DNA of 64,000 nt from Microcoleus sp. (GTDB taxonomy: Bacteria; Cyanobacteriota; Cyanobacteriia; Cyanobacteriales; Microcoleaceae). The stretch spans positions 5,248,001 to 5,312,000 of the forward strand of contig CP181291.1 of the NCBI GenBank assembly GCA_052279835.1, given 5' to 3'. Under the pieces are notes generated by a model. The model saw only the letters and a list, made by a program, of their open reading frames with translations, did no database searches and was not told the DNA's origin. The translations under genes and the position numbers were made by a program. Below, piece after piece: positions 41,521-50,911 of the stretch (its first letter is position 1; each line of letters opens with the position of its first letter).

Positions 41521-41645
41521 TGCAGTTTGTATTGGATTGTTCTGTAGCCATTAGTTGGTGCTTAGTCGATTTGGCCCAAGCGGCAATTCGCTGCGGTGTG
41601 GAATTGGTAGTTGTTGGTGGAGAAATGCCAGAGACGGAGCGATGA
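41520..41645 (+). pseudogene. VapC/PIN toxin with an in-frame internal deletion (41 aa)
   Basis: MQFVLDCSVAISWCLVD is joined directly to LAQAAIRCGVELV. Confidence 0.75.
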
Positions 41646-41791
41646 TTATTAGGATATCGCTCATCAGAAACCAGAAAGGGCGATCGATCTTGATGCGCGA
41701 TCGGGCGATCGCGTGGGGGTGAAAAACCGGGTTTCTAAATAAAATCTCGGCGGCGATGCTTTAGTTATTTGAGAAACCCGGTTTCTGAACA

Positions 41792-41821
41792 TTGACGCTT
41801 GAGTTAAACTGTGATTATAAT
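41792..41821 (+). promoter_or_regulatory. Sigma70-type promoter of the second TA module
   Basis: TTGACG-N18-TATAAT. Confidence 0.55.
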
Positions 41822-41839
41822 AAATAAAGTAACTATGAA

Positions 41840-42115
41840 ATGGCAATGGCTACACTTCAGATTCAAAATCTACCCGATGAATTATACACTCGTATTCAAT
41901 GTCTTGCCTCTGAAAAAAATTTTACTCTCAATGAGGCAGTGATTCATCTATTGAAGCAATCATTTGAGTCCGACAAGGTGATGATAGATCGGGCGCAAGA
42001 AAGCGAACTAACGTCAGCAATCCTACAAAGGATTCGCAGTCGTCCCAGAGTTAACCCAAGGGATTTTGGATTAACGGATAGCACTGTTTTGATTCGAGAG
42101 GATCGCAACAGATGA
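41840..42115 (+). CDS. FitA-like ribbon-helix-helix antitoxin
   Basis: MATLQIQNLPDELY...A...TLNEAVI.LL...DSTVLIREDR. Confidence 0.8.
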   Translation: MAMATLQIQNLPDELYTRIQCLASEKNFTLNEAVIHLLKQSFESDKVMIDRAQESELTSAILQRIRSRPRVNPRDFGLTDSTVLIREDRNR

Positions 42116-42568
42116 CTGTTCCGCTGGTAATGCGTACTGGATACAAATATTTGTATTAAGCAGTTTATCGTCGATCCTTTGACTCCTAAAGTTAATCAAT
42201 TATTCGATTGTCTTGAAGATCCGGCTGTTGAGTTTTTTGTGCCCGATCTGTTTTATATTGAGTGTGCTAATGTTCTTTGGAAATATGTTCGAGCTAAACT
42301 CTACACTGCCGAACAAGTTCAGGCCGATCTAAGTGACTTGAAAGCTTTACGATTTCAAGTTACTTCAACCAAAGAGCTAATGAATAAAGCTGTTCAAATT
42401 GGATTGGACTATGGTATCACAACTTATGATGGCTGCTATGTGGCACTGTCAGAGCAAGTCACAGCACCGTTGCTAACATTGGATGAACGGTTAGTGAATT
42501 CTTTGACAGGTAGTGAGTTTGATGTGCAATTGTTTACAAATTTTACAGTGCCGTCTTTATCTACTTAA
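42112..42568 (+). pseudogene. VapC/PIN toxin with a +1 frameshift near codon 6
   Basis: The ATGA-overlap start at 42112 is out of frame with CVLDTNICIKQF...ECANVLWK...YDGCYVAL...LLTLDERL. Confidence 0.75.
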
Positions 42569-42590
42569 TAATTAGGATGAGTTTTAGTGA

Positions 42591-42619
42591 GCGATGCCTA
42601 CGGCTGGCTGCGCCTACGC
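42591..42619. mobile_element. 21-nt SDR5-like element inserted in a HIP1 site
   Basis: GCGAT-gcctacggctggctgcgccta-CGC. Confidence 0.7.
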
Positions 42620-42833
42620 TATCCGTACAATTATCGCACTATTTGGTATTTGCTGTGAGGTGCGATCGCGCTTAGTTTTGATGCGCGATCGCGTGGGAGT
42701 GAGAAACCCGGTTTCTGAATAAAATCTCGGCGGCGATGCTTGAGTGATCTGAGAAACCCGGTTTCTTAAGTTGCGATCGCACTGAATCTCAAGGAGCGCC
42801 ACTTCGTCCGCTACAATAAAGTCTTAGATGCTT

Positions 42834-45071
42834 TTATTGCAAATTCTTTTTCTCCTCCAATTCATTTAGTATATTTATCAATTTAGCCATGTCAGGACTA
42901 AGTGTATCTAACTGAGAAGCTAATTCTTTTTTTTCACCACTACTAAGTTTTTGGTTCTCCAAAGATTTTTTTAAACCATTCCTGTAGCTTTCCAAATAGC
43001 CATCAATTTGCCCAAAATATTGATTGATCGCCTCTTTAATATCTTTGTTGATAAAAGCATCAACCGCTCTTTCTATTGACTGCCGATTGTCTTCCATTTT
43101 TGTGCTGAATTGAGTCTCAAACTTTGACCTTGAGACTGTGTAGGTTTCATCAGTCCACCAAACCTTGTCGCTAAAGAAGAATTGGCCAGTTTTCTTAAGG
43201 AATGAATTTTTCTTAGATTCGTAATCAAATGATATATAACGAGACGTGCTGATCGCTGATACTTTAATATCTAACCGCAAGGGAGATAAATCAACGCTAA
43301 AAGCCTTTTCAATATCGTATTTAATTTTCCTCACAAGGGGTTCTGTGTTTTCCTCTAAGAAACGACGGATATCAGCCATCGTATAATCTACTTGCTTGCT
43401 GATTGCTGAAAGTGCAGAATCTATAGCATTATCTATTTTCCGTTCAGCAATTTTCTCAATCTTAACCTTCCAACTCTTGAACTCATCTTTACTCATCTCG
43501 TCGGTATAAGCCGTAGCACTATCTGAGAAGATTTGCTTAATCTCGCCAGGAAGCTCCTTATCTCGAAAAGCAGTAGAAAGAGTTAACTGTGCATCTCTTC
43601 GCAATTTATCCGTGTAAGTAGTTACTTTGTTAAGGCTGCTTCTTTGTTCCTCGAAATTTTCGAGTTGGGTTTGAAGCGAACTTATCATAAGGCTTAAGTC
43701 GTTTGCTTCTTGATCAAGTCCACTACGCTGTAACTTAATTTGATCGGATATGTGGGAAAGCTTGCTTCGGCATACCTTAAGTGCTGAATTTATACTGAGT
43801 CCCAACGCATTAGGTATCAAACCTTCAATAACTGGCTCTAAAAACTTACTGAAATAAGAATCTTCCCACAAATCGTCAGCCAGTTCTTTTGCTGATTCAA
43901 TATTAGCTCTTTCCAGTTCGCGAACTGCTTTTTTGCTCTCACCATATTGAGCTTCAAAAAGCGAACGCATAATGGGACTGTCTTTAGTTAAACCTTGCTT
44001 ATTTCGCTGATACTCTTTGTAAAATTCTCTCGCAGCTAAGGCATATAAGCCTGATACGGCGAATACCTGTTTCTCTGCATTAAAATCAGTACCCTCAAAC
44101 TTCTTACCCATATCTTTCTTAATTTCGGCTTCATCCTGTTCCCCAGATTTCCTTGCATCATATCTGTTGCACAAGACATAGATATTTTCTGCACCTCTAT
44201 TAGCTACCATTTTCCTTACTGCGTTAAGCGTCTCGATAGCTGCTGCATTGTTAGGCACTGTGTAGTCAACAATTGTTAGCACCAAAGAGCTTTGCTCCAA
44301 TTGTCTAGACATTACATCATAAAGAATTTTCTTCAACATTTGTTGAATTTTCTCATTAGAACTACCTTCATCTGCGCCAGGAGTATCTATCAGTACAAGT
44401 TTTCCGATGGAGTCAGAGCTAGGAATGTTAGAGAAGGGAATAAAAGGTGCTGTTATTCTTGGATATTCACGTAAGGAAAGGATATCATCTACCTTAACTT
44501 CCATCAGGAGACACATTCGGACTATATGATTTATTCCGGTCAAAAATCGGGAAATACTATCTGTACCATTCACTTTTGTCGGAAGAGTATCCCATTTACC
44601 AGCTTGGATATCATTAGCCAACCCTAAAAGATAACTATACTCTTGAAGCTCATTTTCTACTTGCTTACTACCTTTACGAATAATTTGTTTTTTGAGATTT
44701 AAAGTCAACTTTTCCAATATTTCTTTGGCATCATTAGGCAATAAAAGAGATGGATTCTCCACACCTACAACAAGTTCAATTTCGGTGGGTAAACTTGTCA
44801 TTCCCTTATTATGTGATGGTAGTAACTTCATCCCACTAATAGCATTGATAACTGTGGATTTTCCTGCTTTCATGGGGGCAATAATAGAAATTGATAGCTC
44901 TGCCTTTGTTACCTTTCTGACTTCGTTATCAATAATGTCTTTTTCCTTAGTATAGCCACCCTTCAATACGGACTCAACTTTAGCTATGAGCGAACTGCTT
45001 TTTTGTAAAATGTCAAGCGTTTCACGTTGCAAATGAGTAATCTTAGATTGTTGATTATTAGGGGGGTTCAT
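42834..45071 (-). CDS. Bacterial dynamin-like GTPase, CrfC/RdcA-like
   Basis: APMKAGKS (G1), MTSLPT (G2), DTPG (G3), NRYD (G4), long helical C-terminus. Confidence 0.85.
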   Translation of the reverse strand: MNPPNNQQSKITHLQRETLDILQKSSSLIAKVESVLKGGYTKEKDIIDNEVRKVTKAELSISIIAPMKAGKSTVINAISGMKLLPSHNKGMTSLPTEIELVVGVENPSLLLPNDAKEILEKLTLNLKKQIIRKGSKQVENELQEYSYLLGLANDIQAGKWDTLPTKVNGTDSISRFLTGINHIVRMCLLMEVKVDDILSLREYPRITAPFIPFSNIPSSDSIGKLVLIDTPGADEGSSNEKIQQMLKKILYDVMSRQLEQSSLVLTIVDYTVPNNAAAIETLNAVRKMVANRGAENIYVLCNRYDARKSGEQDEAEIKKDMGKKFEGTDFNAEKQVFAVSGLYALAAREFYKEYQRNKQGLTKDSPIMRSLFEAQYGESKKAVRELERANIESAKELADDLWEDSYFSKFLEPVIEGLIPNALGLSINSALKVCRSKLSHISDQIKLQRSGLDQEANDLSLMISSLQTQLENFEEQRSSLNKVTTYTDKLRRDAQLTLSTAFRDKELPGEIKQIFSDSATAYTDEMSKDEFKSWKVKIEKIAERKIDNAIDSALSAISKQVDYTMADIRRFLEENTEPLVRKIKYDIEKAFSVDLSPLRLDIKVSAISTSRYISFDYESKKNSFLKKTGQFFFSDKVWWTDETYTVSRSKFETQFSTKMEDNRQSIERAVDAFINKDIKEAINQYFGQIDGYLESYRNGLKKSLENQKLSSGEKKELASQLDTLSPDMAKLINILNELEEKKNLQ

Positions 45072-45186
45072 AGTTTTACTCTCTTTTATACTACTGCTCC
45101 TATGATCCTTAATAAATCCCTGATTTGCCTAGTCCCAAAATATACTATTTTGCCCCCAAATTCCCCCCACATTCACTCTCTTTAAA

Positions 45187-45233
45187 TCTAAAAATATACT
45201 AAAATATCTAAAAACATACTAAAATGTCTAAAA
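45187..45233 (+). repeat. 20-bp-period direct repeats upstream of the STAND ATPase gene
   Basis: taaaaatatactaaaatatc taaaaacatactaaaatgtc taaaa. Confidence 0.6.
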
Positions 45234-45274
45234 CTGTGCCATAATACACAAAATCATCCCAGCCTCTTAAGCCG

Positions 45275-46660
45275 ATGAATCTTAAAGAAATGTTAAACAT
45301 CGCCGATCGCATAGTCTTTGAGAAAACGGGTCAACATCTTGACGATTTACAAGAGGGGGTACTGAAAGCAACTCTACAACACGATACATACAAGCACGTA
45401 GCCAAAGACTTTGACTGTTCTGAAAGTCGTGTTAGGAATGCGGCTTCGGAATTATGGCAATTACTTTCAGAAGAGTTGGGAGAAGATGTCAATAAAAAGA
45501 ATTTTGCGTCGGCAATTCACAGGTTCCAAGTCTCTAATGTTTCAAACTTTTCAAAAGATGTTGTTGTAGGAATTGGTATCTTTAACCTCTGTGGAGAAGG
45601 AAGACACCCACCAAATATCCCAAACTCACACCCACCAAATCAAGAAACATCTCACACAAAACAACCTGAAACTCCACATCAAGATTTAAGCGAGATGCCA
45701 GAATTAGGTGCTTTTTACGATCGCACCCACGAACTCCAAACCCTCACAACCTCGATTCTACAACAACACAGCCGCCTCATAGCCATCACCGGCATCAGTG
45801 GCATCGGCAAAACAACCCTAGCAGTAAAACTCGTACAACAAATTAAAGACGAGTTTGAGTACGTAGCTTGGTACACACTAGACGAATTCCCCACCATAGA
45901 TAAATTTCAATCTAACCTAATACAGCTTTTATCCAATTCCGAAAAACAAGATTCATCCCCAACCAACCAGAAACGCTTACCGCTGATTAAGTATTTACAA
46001 AAATATCGCTGTTTAATAATCTTAGATGACGTTCAAAACCTTTTCTGTAGCGGCGAATTTGCAGGAAAGTATAAACCTGAATGCGAAGAATATCGCTCTT
46101 TATTCAAACAAATAGAAAAATTATCCCATCAAAGCTGCTTGCTGCTAATCGGTTGGGAACAACCCAGAGAAGTGACTCAAGTTAAAAACCAAAATACTCC
46201 CATTCGTACTTTACAACTCAAAGGTTTAGACATCGCAGCCGGACGGGAAATACTCAGAGATTATGGATTAGTAGAAAGCGATAACAGTGAAACACTCATT
46301 CATCGTTATCAAGGCAACCCGTTATGGTTAAAAAGCGTGGCGAGTCTGATTCAAGAATTGGGAGGAGCAGTGACAGAGTTATTACCAAATGATACCATAT
46401 TGTTGCCGGAAGATTTGAAAGATGTTTTACACCAGCAGTTCGATCGCCTATCGGAACTAGAAAAACAAGTAATCTCGTTGTTGGCCAAAGAAAGCCAGCC
46501 AGTCGATCGCATAAAATTACTTGAAAATGATACAATTCCGCTACCAGATTTGGCAAATGCGCTGCAATCTCTATCGCGGCGCTGCTGGATAGAACAACAA
46601 GGAAGTAGTTACACTCTGCCGCCTGTGTTGAAGCAATATGCGATCGCCCATGCAGTGTAA
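45275..46660 (+). CDS. NB-ARC/STAND ATPase with an N-terminal HTH-like domain and no C-terminal repeats
   Basis: FYDRTHEL, GISGIGKT, LIILDD, YQGNPLWL, RLSELEK. Confidence 0.85.
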   Translation: MNLKEMLNIADRIVFEKTGQHLDDLQEGVLKATLQHDTYKHVAKDFDCSESRVRNAASELWQLLSEELGEDVNKKNFASAIHRFQVSNVSNFSKDVVVGIGIFNLCGEGRHPPNIPNSHPPNQETSHTKQPETPHQDLSEMPELGAFYDRTHELQTLTTSILQQHSRLIAITGISGIGKTTLAVKLVQQIKDEFEYVAWYTLDEFPTIDKFQSNLIQLLSNSEKQDSSPTNQKRLPLIKYLQKYRCLIILDDVQNLFCSGEFAGKYKPECEEYRSLFKQIEKLSHQSCLLLIGWEQPREVTQVKNQNTPIRTLQLKGLDIAAGREILRDYGLVESDNSETLIHRYQGNPLWLKSVASLIQELGGAVTELLPNDTILLPEDLKDVLHQQFDRLSELEKQVISLLAKESQPVDRIKLLENDTIPLPDLANALQSLSRRCWIEQQGSSYTLPPVLKQYAIAHAV

Positions 46661-46728
46661 TGGATACAACCATTGCTGGCATTCTATGATACACTAGGAG
46701 TGAGCAGTGATAAGGACATATAAATCAA

Positions 46729-47013
46729 GTGGAAATCACAGGTTTTATCTGGCTAGAAGATATCGTTGAAAAACTAGCTCGAAAACATTCTGTTAGCCCA
46801 CAAGAAGTTAGAGAAGTCTTTGAGAACTTTGCAGTTTTCCGCTTTGTCGAAAAAGGGCATCGTCAGGGTGAAAATGTTTACGCTGCTTTGGGACAAACTG
46901 ATGCCGGACGCTACTTGATTGTTTTCTTTGTTTATAAAGAAGATAGGCAAGCATTAATTTTATCTGCACGGGACATGACAAATGCTGAACGAAGAAAATA
47001 CCAGAAAACGTAA
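46729..47013 (+). CDS. BrnT-family toxin
   Basis: KLARKHSV...EV.E.F...ALGQTDAGRYLIVFF...ILSARDM. Confidence 0.85.
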   Translation: MEITGFIWLEDIVEKLARKHSVSPQEVREVFENFAVFRFVEKGHRQGENVYAALGQTDAGRYLIVFFVYKEDRQALILSARDMTNAERRKYQKT

Positions 47014-47263
47014 AAGTGCTATCTCAGAAGCTGAATCTTATCAGCAAATAGGTGAGTTTTGGGACGATCGCGATCTGGCAGATTATTGGGAGGAAACTGA
47101 TGCTGCTGAGTTTTCAGTAAATCTTCAATCTGAGATCATATATTATCGTGTTGAAGTAACTTTATCAGAGCAAATTCGTTCCATCGCTAAACGTCAAGGT
47201 GTTTCTCCAGAAACGCTTTTGAATTTGTGGGTGCAGGAGAAACTTAGCAAAGAAATAGCGTGA
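46982..47263 (+). CDS. CopG-type antitoxin, partner of BrnT
   Basis: EFWDDRDLADYW...IAKRQGVSPETLLNLWVQEKL. Confidence 0.8.
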   Translation: MLNEENTRKRKSAISEAESYQQIGEFWDDRDLADYWEETDAAEFSVNLQSEIIYYRVEVTLSEQIRSIAKRQGVSPETLLNLWVQEKLSKEIA

Positions 47264-47375
47264 AGGGACAACAATGAGTTGTAACCAAAATCTAAAATCT
47301 AAAATCTAAAATCCAAAATCAGATCGCCCTTTTCTTCAAGCTATTCTAGAAACATACTTCATTCCCGATCGCATT

Positions 47376-47939
47376 ATGGTTGCCTTACCCGATCGCCTAT
47401 TGATGAGCCCAGAAGAATACCTGGCTTGGGAACCCACCCAAGAGGAACGCTACGAGTATTGGGATGGCGAAGTCGTCGCCATGAGTGGCGGAACCCGCAA
47501 TCACAATCGGATTACCTTCAACTTCTCGAAACTCCTGGATGATGCCCTTGTCGATCGCCCTTGCGAGATGTACATGGCGGATGTCAAAGTCCAAGTGGAA
47601 CGAGGGCAAAAGTATTTTTATCCTGATGTTGTGGTAACTTGCGACGATCGCGATAACGATCCACAATTAGTGCAATTTCCTTCCTTGATTATCGAAGTTT
47701 TATCGCCTTCCACCGAAGCAGTAGATCGCGGTACTAAATTTGCTAAATATCGCCAATTTTCAACACTGCAAGAGTATGTCTTGGTGCAAGTTGAACAGCC
47801 AGGAGTAGAGATGTTTCGGCGCAATCAACAGGGGCAATGGGTTCTCTCTGAGTATGGTTTTGGCGATTCCTTGCAACTTGAATCGGTGAATCTAAAAATT
47901 GCGATCGCCGATTTATATCGCCAAGTACAATTTTCTTAG
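47376..47939 (+). CDS. Uma2-family protein
   Basis: RYEYWDGEVVAMSGGT, YPDVVVTCD, EVLSPST, EYVLV. Confidence 0.9.
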   Translation: MVALPDRLLMSPEEYLAWEPTQEERYEYWDGEVVAMSGGTRNHNRITFNFSKLLDDALVDRPCEMYMADVKVQVERGQKYFYPDVVVTCDDRDNDPQLVQFPSLIIEVLSPSTEAVDRGTKFAKYRQFSTLQEYVLVQVEQPGVEMFRRNQQGQWVLSEYGFGDSLQLESVNLKIAIADLYRQVQFS

Positions 47940-47958
47940 TTGCATCGGAATGATATAG

Positions 47959-48253
47959 AGGAGACGGCAGTGCCCATTGGTGTCAACAACCAGGTACAAC
48001 CAATAGTCCGGCAGGGGTTGAAACCCCTGCCTCAAAGCGCAAGTCCTCTCAAAGAGGACTGAAGAGAAGCATTTTCAACTCTTGAGTCCTCTTTGAGAGG
48101 ACTTTAGCTATTAGACAGGGAATTAATTCCCTGTCGGACTCGCGGGATGACTAATGGACTTGGAAGGCTTTCAAGCTTAAGTTGACACCAATGGGCTTGG
48201 CCTTAGTCCCTACAATGTTATTTTGGGTAGGGACTAAGGCCAAGCCGTCTCCT
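47959..48253. mobile_element. Nested palindromic miniature elements
   Basis: Outer aggagacggc/gccgtctcct, middle gcccattggtgtcaac/gttgacaccaatgggc, inner multi-hairpin 48005-48140. Confidence 0.65.
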
Positions 48254-48373
48254 AATTTCTTAAGCAGGATTTACGCACTCTGACCAAAGAAACCGGGTTT
48301 TTACCTAATCTGTCGGCTGCGACGACATATCTGGGCAAAAAACCCGGTTTCTGGGCGCCATTGTAAATCCTAT

Positions 48374-50725
48374 TTAAACAAACTGACCAGTTGTAGTCGA
48401 TCGCACGCGACGAATTCCAATCACCGAGGGCATGGGGGAACGACGCGAATCATTGGAGATATTACTCGGCCACAAACTGCCGCGAGAAACAGTCCGAGTC
48501 TGATTGAAAACAGCACCGTTCAAATCCAACATCTCAATTTGTCGGCTGAGTACAGTACCATCATCGATCGGGCAATCTTCGCCAGGATGCTGCACTGAAA
48601 GCAACAGCGTATCTCCGATAAAAGTTGGTCCAGTCATTTCGCAGCGATTCGGCCCATAAGCAAAGGGAATTACACTTCCTGCATTCGGCCCGGCAGTGGG
48701 AATGTAAAACAGCCAATTGTTGCCGAAAACACCAGTAAACTCTGATGTATTACCAGTCTTCTTGTGGTCGATTGCAGCTTGTTTTGCCGCAGAACCAACA
48801 TCAAAACCATTGTGCGTGCTAGTAGACATATCAGTCACACCCCAAATATTACCTTGAGTGTCAAACTCCAAATTGTCTACACTAGCAAATCCTGCGCCAG
48901 CTACCGCACCAGCCTCTCCACCTTGACTAAAACGCTGCCAGCGGAAAGTCGAACCCGCACCGTCGGAACTATCTTCAATTATCTTGTAAATTCCTCCTGA
49001 CTGCTGACCGCTATTGAGGGCGGCAGTGTATTTCGCAACAGAAAAAATGCGAGAATCTGGATAGCCGTCGCTTCCGGGTGCGCCGTCAGTATAAGCAATG
49101 AAAACTTCCTTAGTAGTAGGATTGATTTCCAAATCTTCAGGCCGCGCTGTCGGAGTACCACCAATTAAATTAGCAGCTAAAAAGGCATCAACTAAAACTG
49201 CACCTTGGCTGGTATAGAAATTAGCAAGAGTTTTATTTCTGTAGCCAGAAAGTGCTGTTGCTTCATTAGTTGTATCTACCACAAACGAACCGCCATCTTC
49301 GGTTTGACCGGCAATTCCGGCACGTTTTGGGAAGCGAGTATTGGCATCTCTTTGAGCTTTGCCAAAACTTGCTAATTCGGCTTCGCCCATTTTTTTGGGA
49401 CTTACTGGATTGGTCTGGCTATTTAATGTCAGCGGCAGCCATCTTCCCGCACCGTTACGATTGAATTGAGCAACGTACAAAATGCCATCTTCAAACAAGC
49501 GGCTGTTGTTTTTATCTGCGGGATTGGTGATAGTACCGTTGCTGACAAATTTCCAGGTGTGTCCGCCGCGGCGATCGTCTCCCATGTACACTACTAATTT
49601 GCGGCCTGCTTCGGCGCGAATCGCCACGTTTTCGTGGCGGAAACGACCTAAAGCGGTGTGTTTGCGGGGGCGGAAACTGGGATCTTGGGGATCGACTTCT
49701 ACCATCCAGCCGTATTTTTCGCCTACTAAGCCGAATTCTTCACCCGTAGTCCCCTTGGCGTAGCTGGTTTGGCTACCGTTGGGTTTGATGTTTTCTTGAA
49801 CTCCGACGAAGAATAGTTCGCTACCTTGGAAGTTTTCTTCGGCGGAGAGGATTGTACCCCAGGGGGTTGTGCCACCGGAACAGTTGTAGGCTGTACCGAT
49901 GATCCGGTTTCCCAGCCCGTCGCTGTTGACTTGGGCGAAGACTTGGGTGGCTGCGGGGCCGGTACCTGTAAGATATTTGTCGTCGCCTTGTCTGCTTCCC
50001 CAGGATGTGACATCTTTGTATTGGTCGGCACGCTGGCTGTTGATTCCGAGGCCGGAAAGTCCGTGGATACGGCGGTTGAGGGGGTCGCGGGCGATCGCCC
50101 CAAATCTCCCATTGGCTTGTTTGGTGATGCGGACGATGGAACCACCCATATTGTACAAAAATTCGCCCAGGGTAGCGCGATTCTTTACCGATAAGTCTAT
50201 ACCGATGACGGCGCGATCAGTGGCTGGAAATGATGCCACATCTGAGGGCGCTTCCGGTGCGACTTTTGACATCGGGAAGGATATGTACTCGTGGTTTACC
50301 CACAGATAGCCGTCGTCATTGCTGCCGCGAAGGCCTACAAAACCGGTATAGTCGTTGTTGTAACCGAAATAGTCCGATGGATCGGGAAAAACGCGATCGC
50401 CCCAGCGGAGAATCACATAGCGTTCGTATTCCGGTGGTACAACTACATCGTCAACAACGTTGTAGCTAGTTAATTTAGTATTCTGCGAAGCCGCCATCAC
50501 AGTTCCTTGTCCGTTTAGGCCGGTTGGCATAAAGCTGGACAATTCTTGATAAACTGGCAGGGGGTGAGGAAGTCTTACCGGAGTGAAAGATAGTGGACTA
50601 AGCACAGCTTCGGCAGAGGTGGAATTGATGCCGAATAGTGTTTGAGTTAGTTGAGGTGCAAGGACAGTAGTAGCTGCACTGCTACCGAAAAAAATTAGCA
50701 GTTGTCGGCGAGTTATTTTAGACAT
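48374..50725 (-). CDS. phoX: PhoX-family alkaline phosphatase, Tat-exported
   Basis: TRRQLL Tat motif, GYNND, VNHEY, NCSGGTTPWGT.LSAEEN, GRFRHEN, RPED, SVQHPGE. Confidence 0.92.
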   Translation of the reverse strand: MSKITRRQLLIFFGSSAATTVLAPQLTQTLFGINSTSAEAVLSPLSFTPVRLPHPLPVYQELSSFMPTGLNGQGTVMAASQNTKLTSYNVVDDVVVPPEYERYVILRWGDRVFPDPSDYFGYNNDYTGFVGLRGSNDDGYLWVNHEYISFPMSKVAPEAPSDVASFPATDRAVIGIDLSVKNRATLGEFLYNMGGSIVRITKQANGRFGAIARDPLNRRIHGLSGLGINSQRADQYKDVTSWGSRQGDDKYLTGTGPAATQVFAQVNSDGLGNRIIGTAYNCSGGTTPWGTILSAEENFQGSELFFVGVQENIKPNGSQTSYAKGTTGEEFGLVGEKYGWMVEVDPQDPSFRPRKHTALGRFRHENVAIRAEAGRKLVVYMGDDRRGGHTWKFVSNGTITNPADKNNSRLFEDGILYVAQFNRNGAGRWLPLTLNSQTNPVSPKKMGEAELASFGKAQRDANTRFPKRAGIAGQTEDGGSFVVDTTNEATALSGYRNKTLANFYTSQGAVLVDAFLAANLIGGTPTARPEDLEINPTTKEVFIAYTDGAPGSDGYPDSRIFSVAKYTAALNSGQQSGGIYKIIEDSSDGAGSTFRWQRFSQGGEAGAVAGAGFASVDNLEFDTQGNIWGVTDMSTSTHNGFDVGSAAKQAAIDHKKTGNTSEFTGVFGNNWLFYIPTAGPNAGSVIPFAYGPNRCEMTGPTFIGDTLLLSVQHPGEDCPIDDGTVLSRQIEMLDLNGAVFNQTRTVSRGSLWPSNISNDSRRSPMPSVIGIRRVRSTTTGQFV

Positions 50726-50783
50726 AAATTCCTGTTCAACCCCACATCCCTAATCTGGTGATTCTCTATGAGATTTTATCGTT

Positions 50784-50841
50784 GTTAAATTAAGGGAAGT
50801 TAACATGAAGGTTAATTAAATTAAAATTATATTTTGGTTAA
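50784..50841 (-). promoter_or_regulatory. Possible Pho (SphR) box array
   Basis: Several YTTAAYY-like repeats at 10-12 bp spacing upstream of phoX. Confidence 0.4.
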
Positions 50842-50911
50842 TGATTGGTTATTTGTTATTGGTTATTTGTTATTTGTTACCGATGCCCGATGCCCCATGC
50901 CCGATGTCGTA

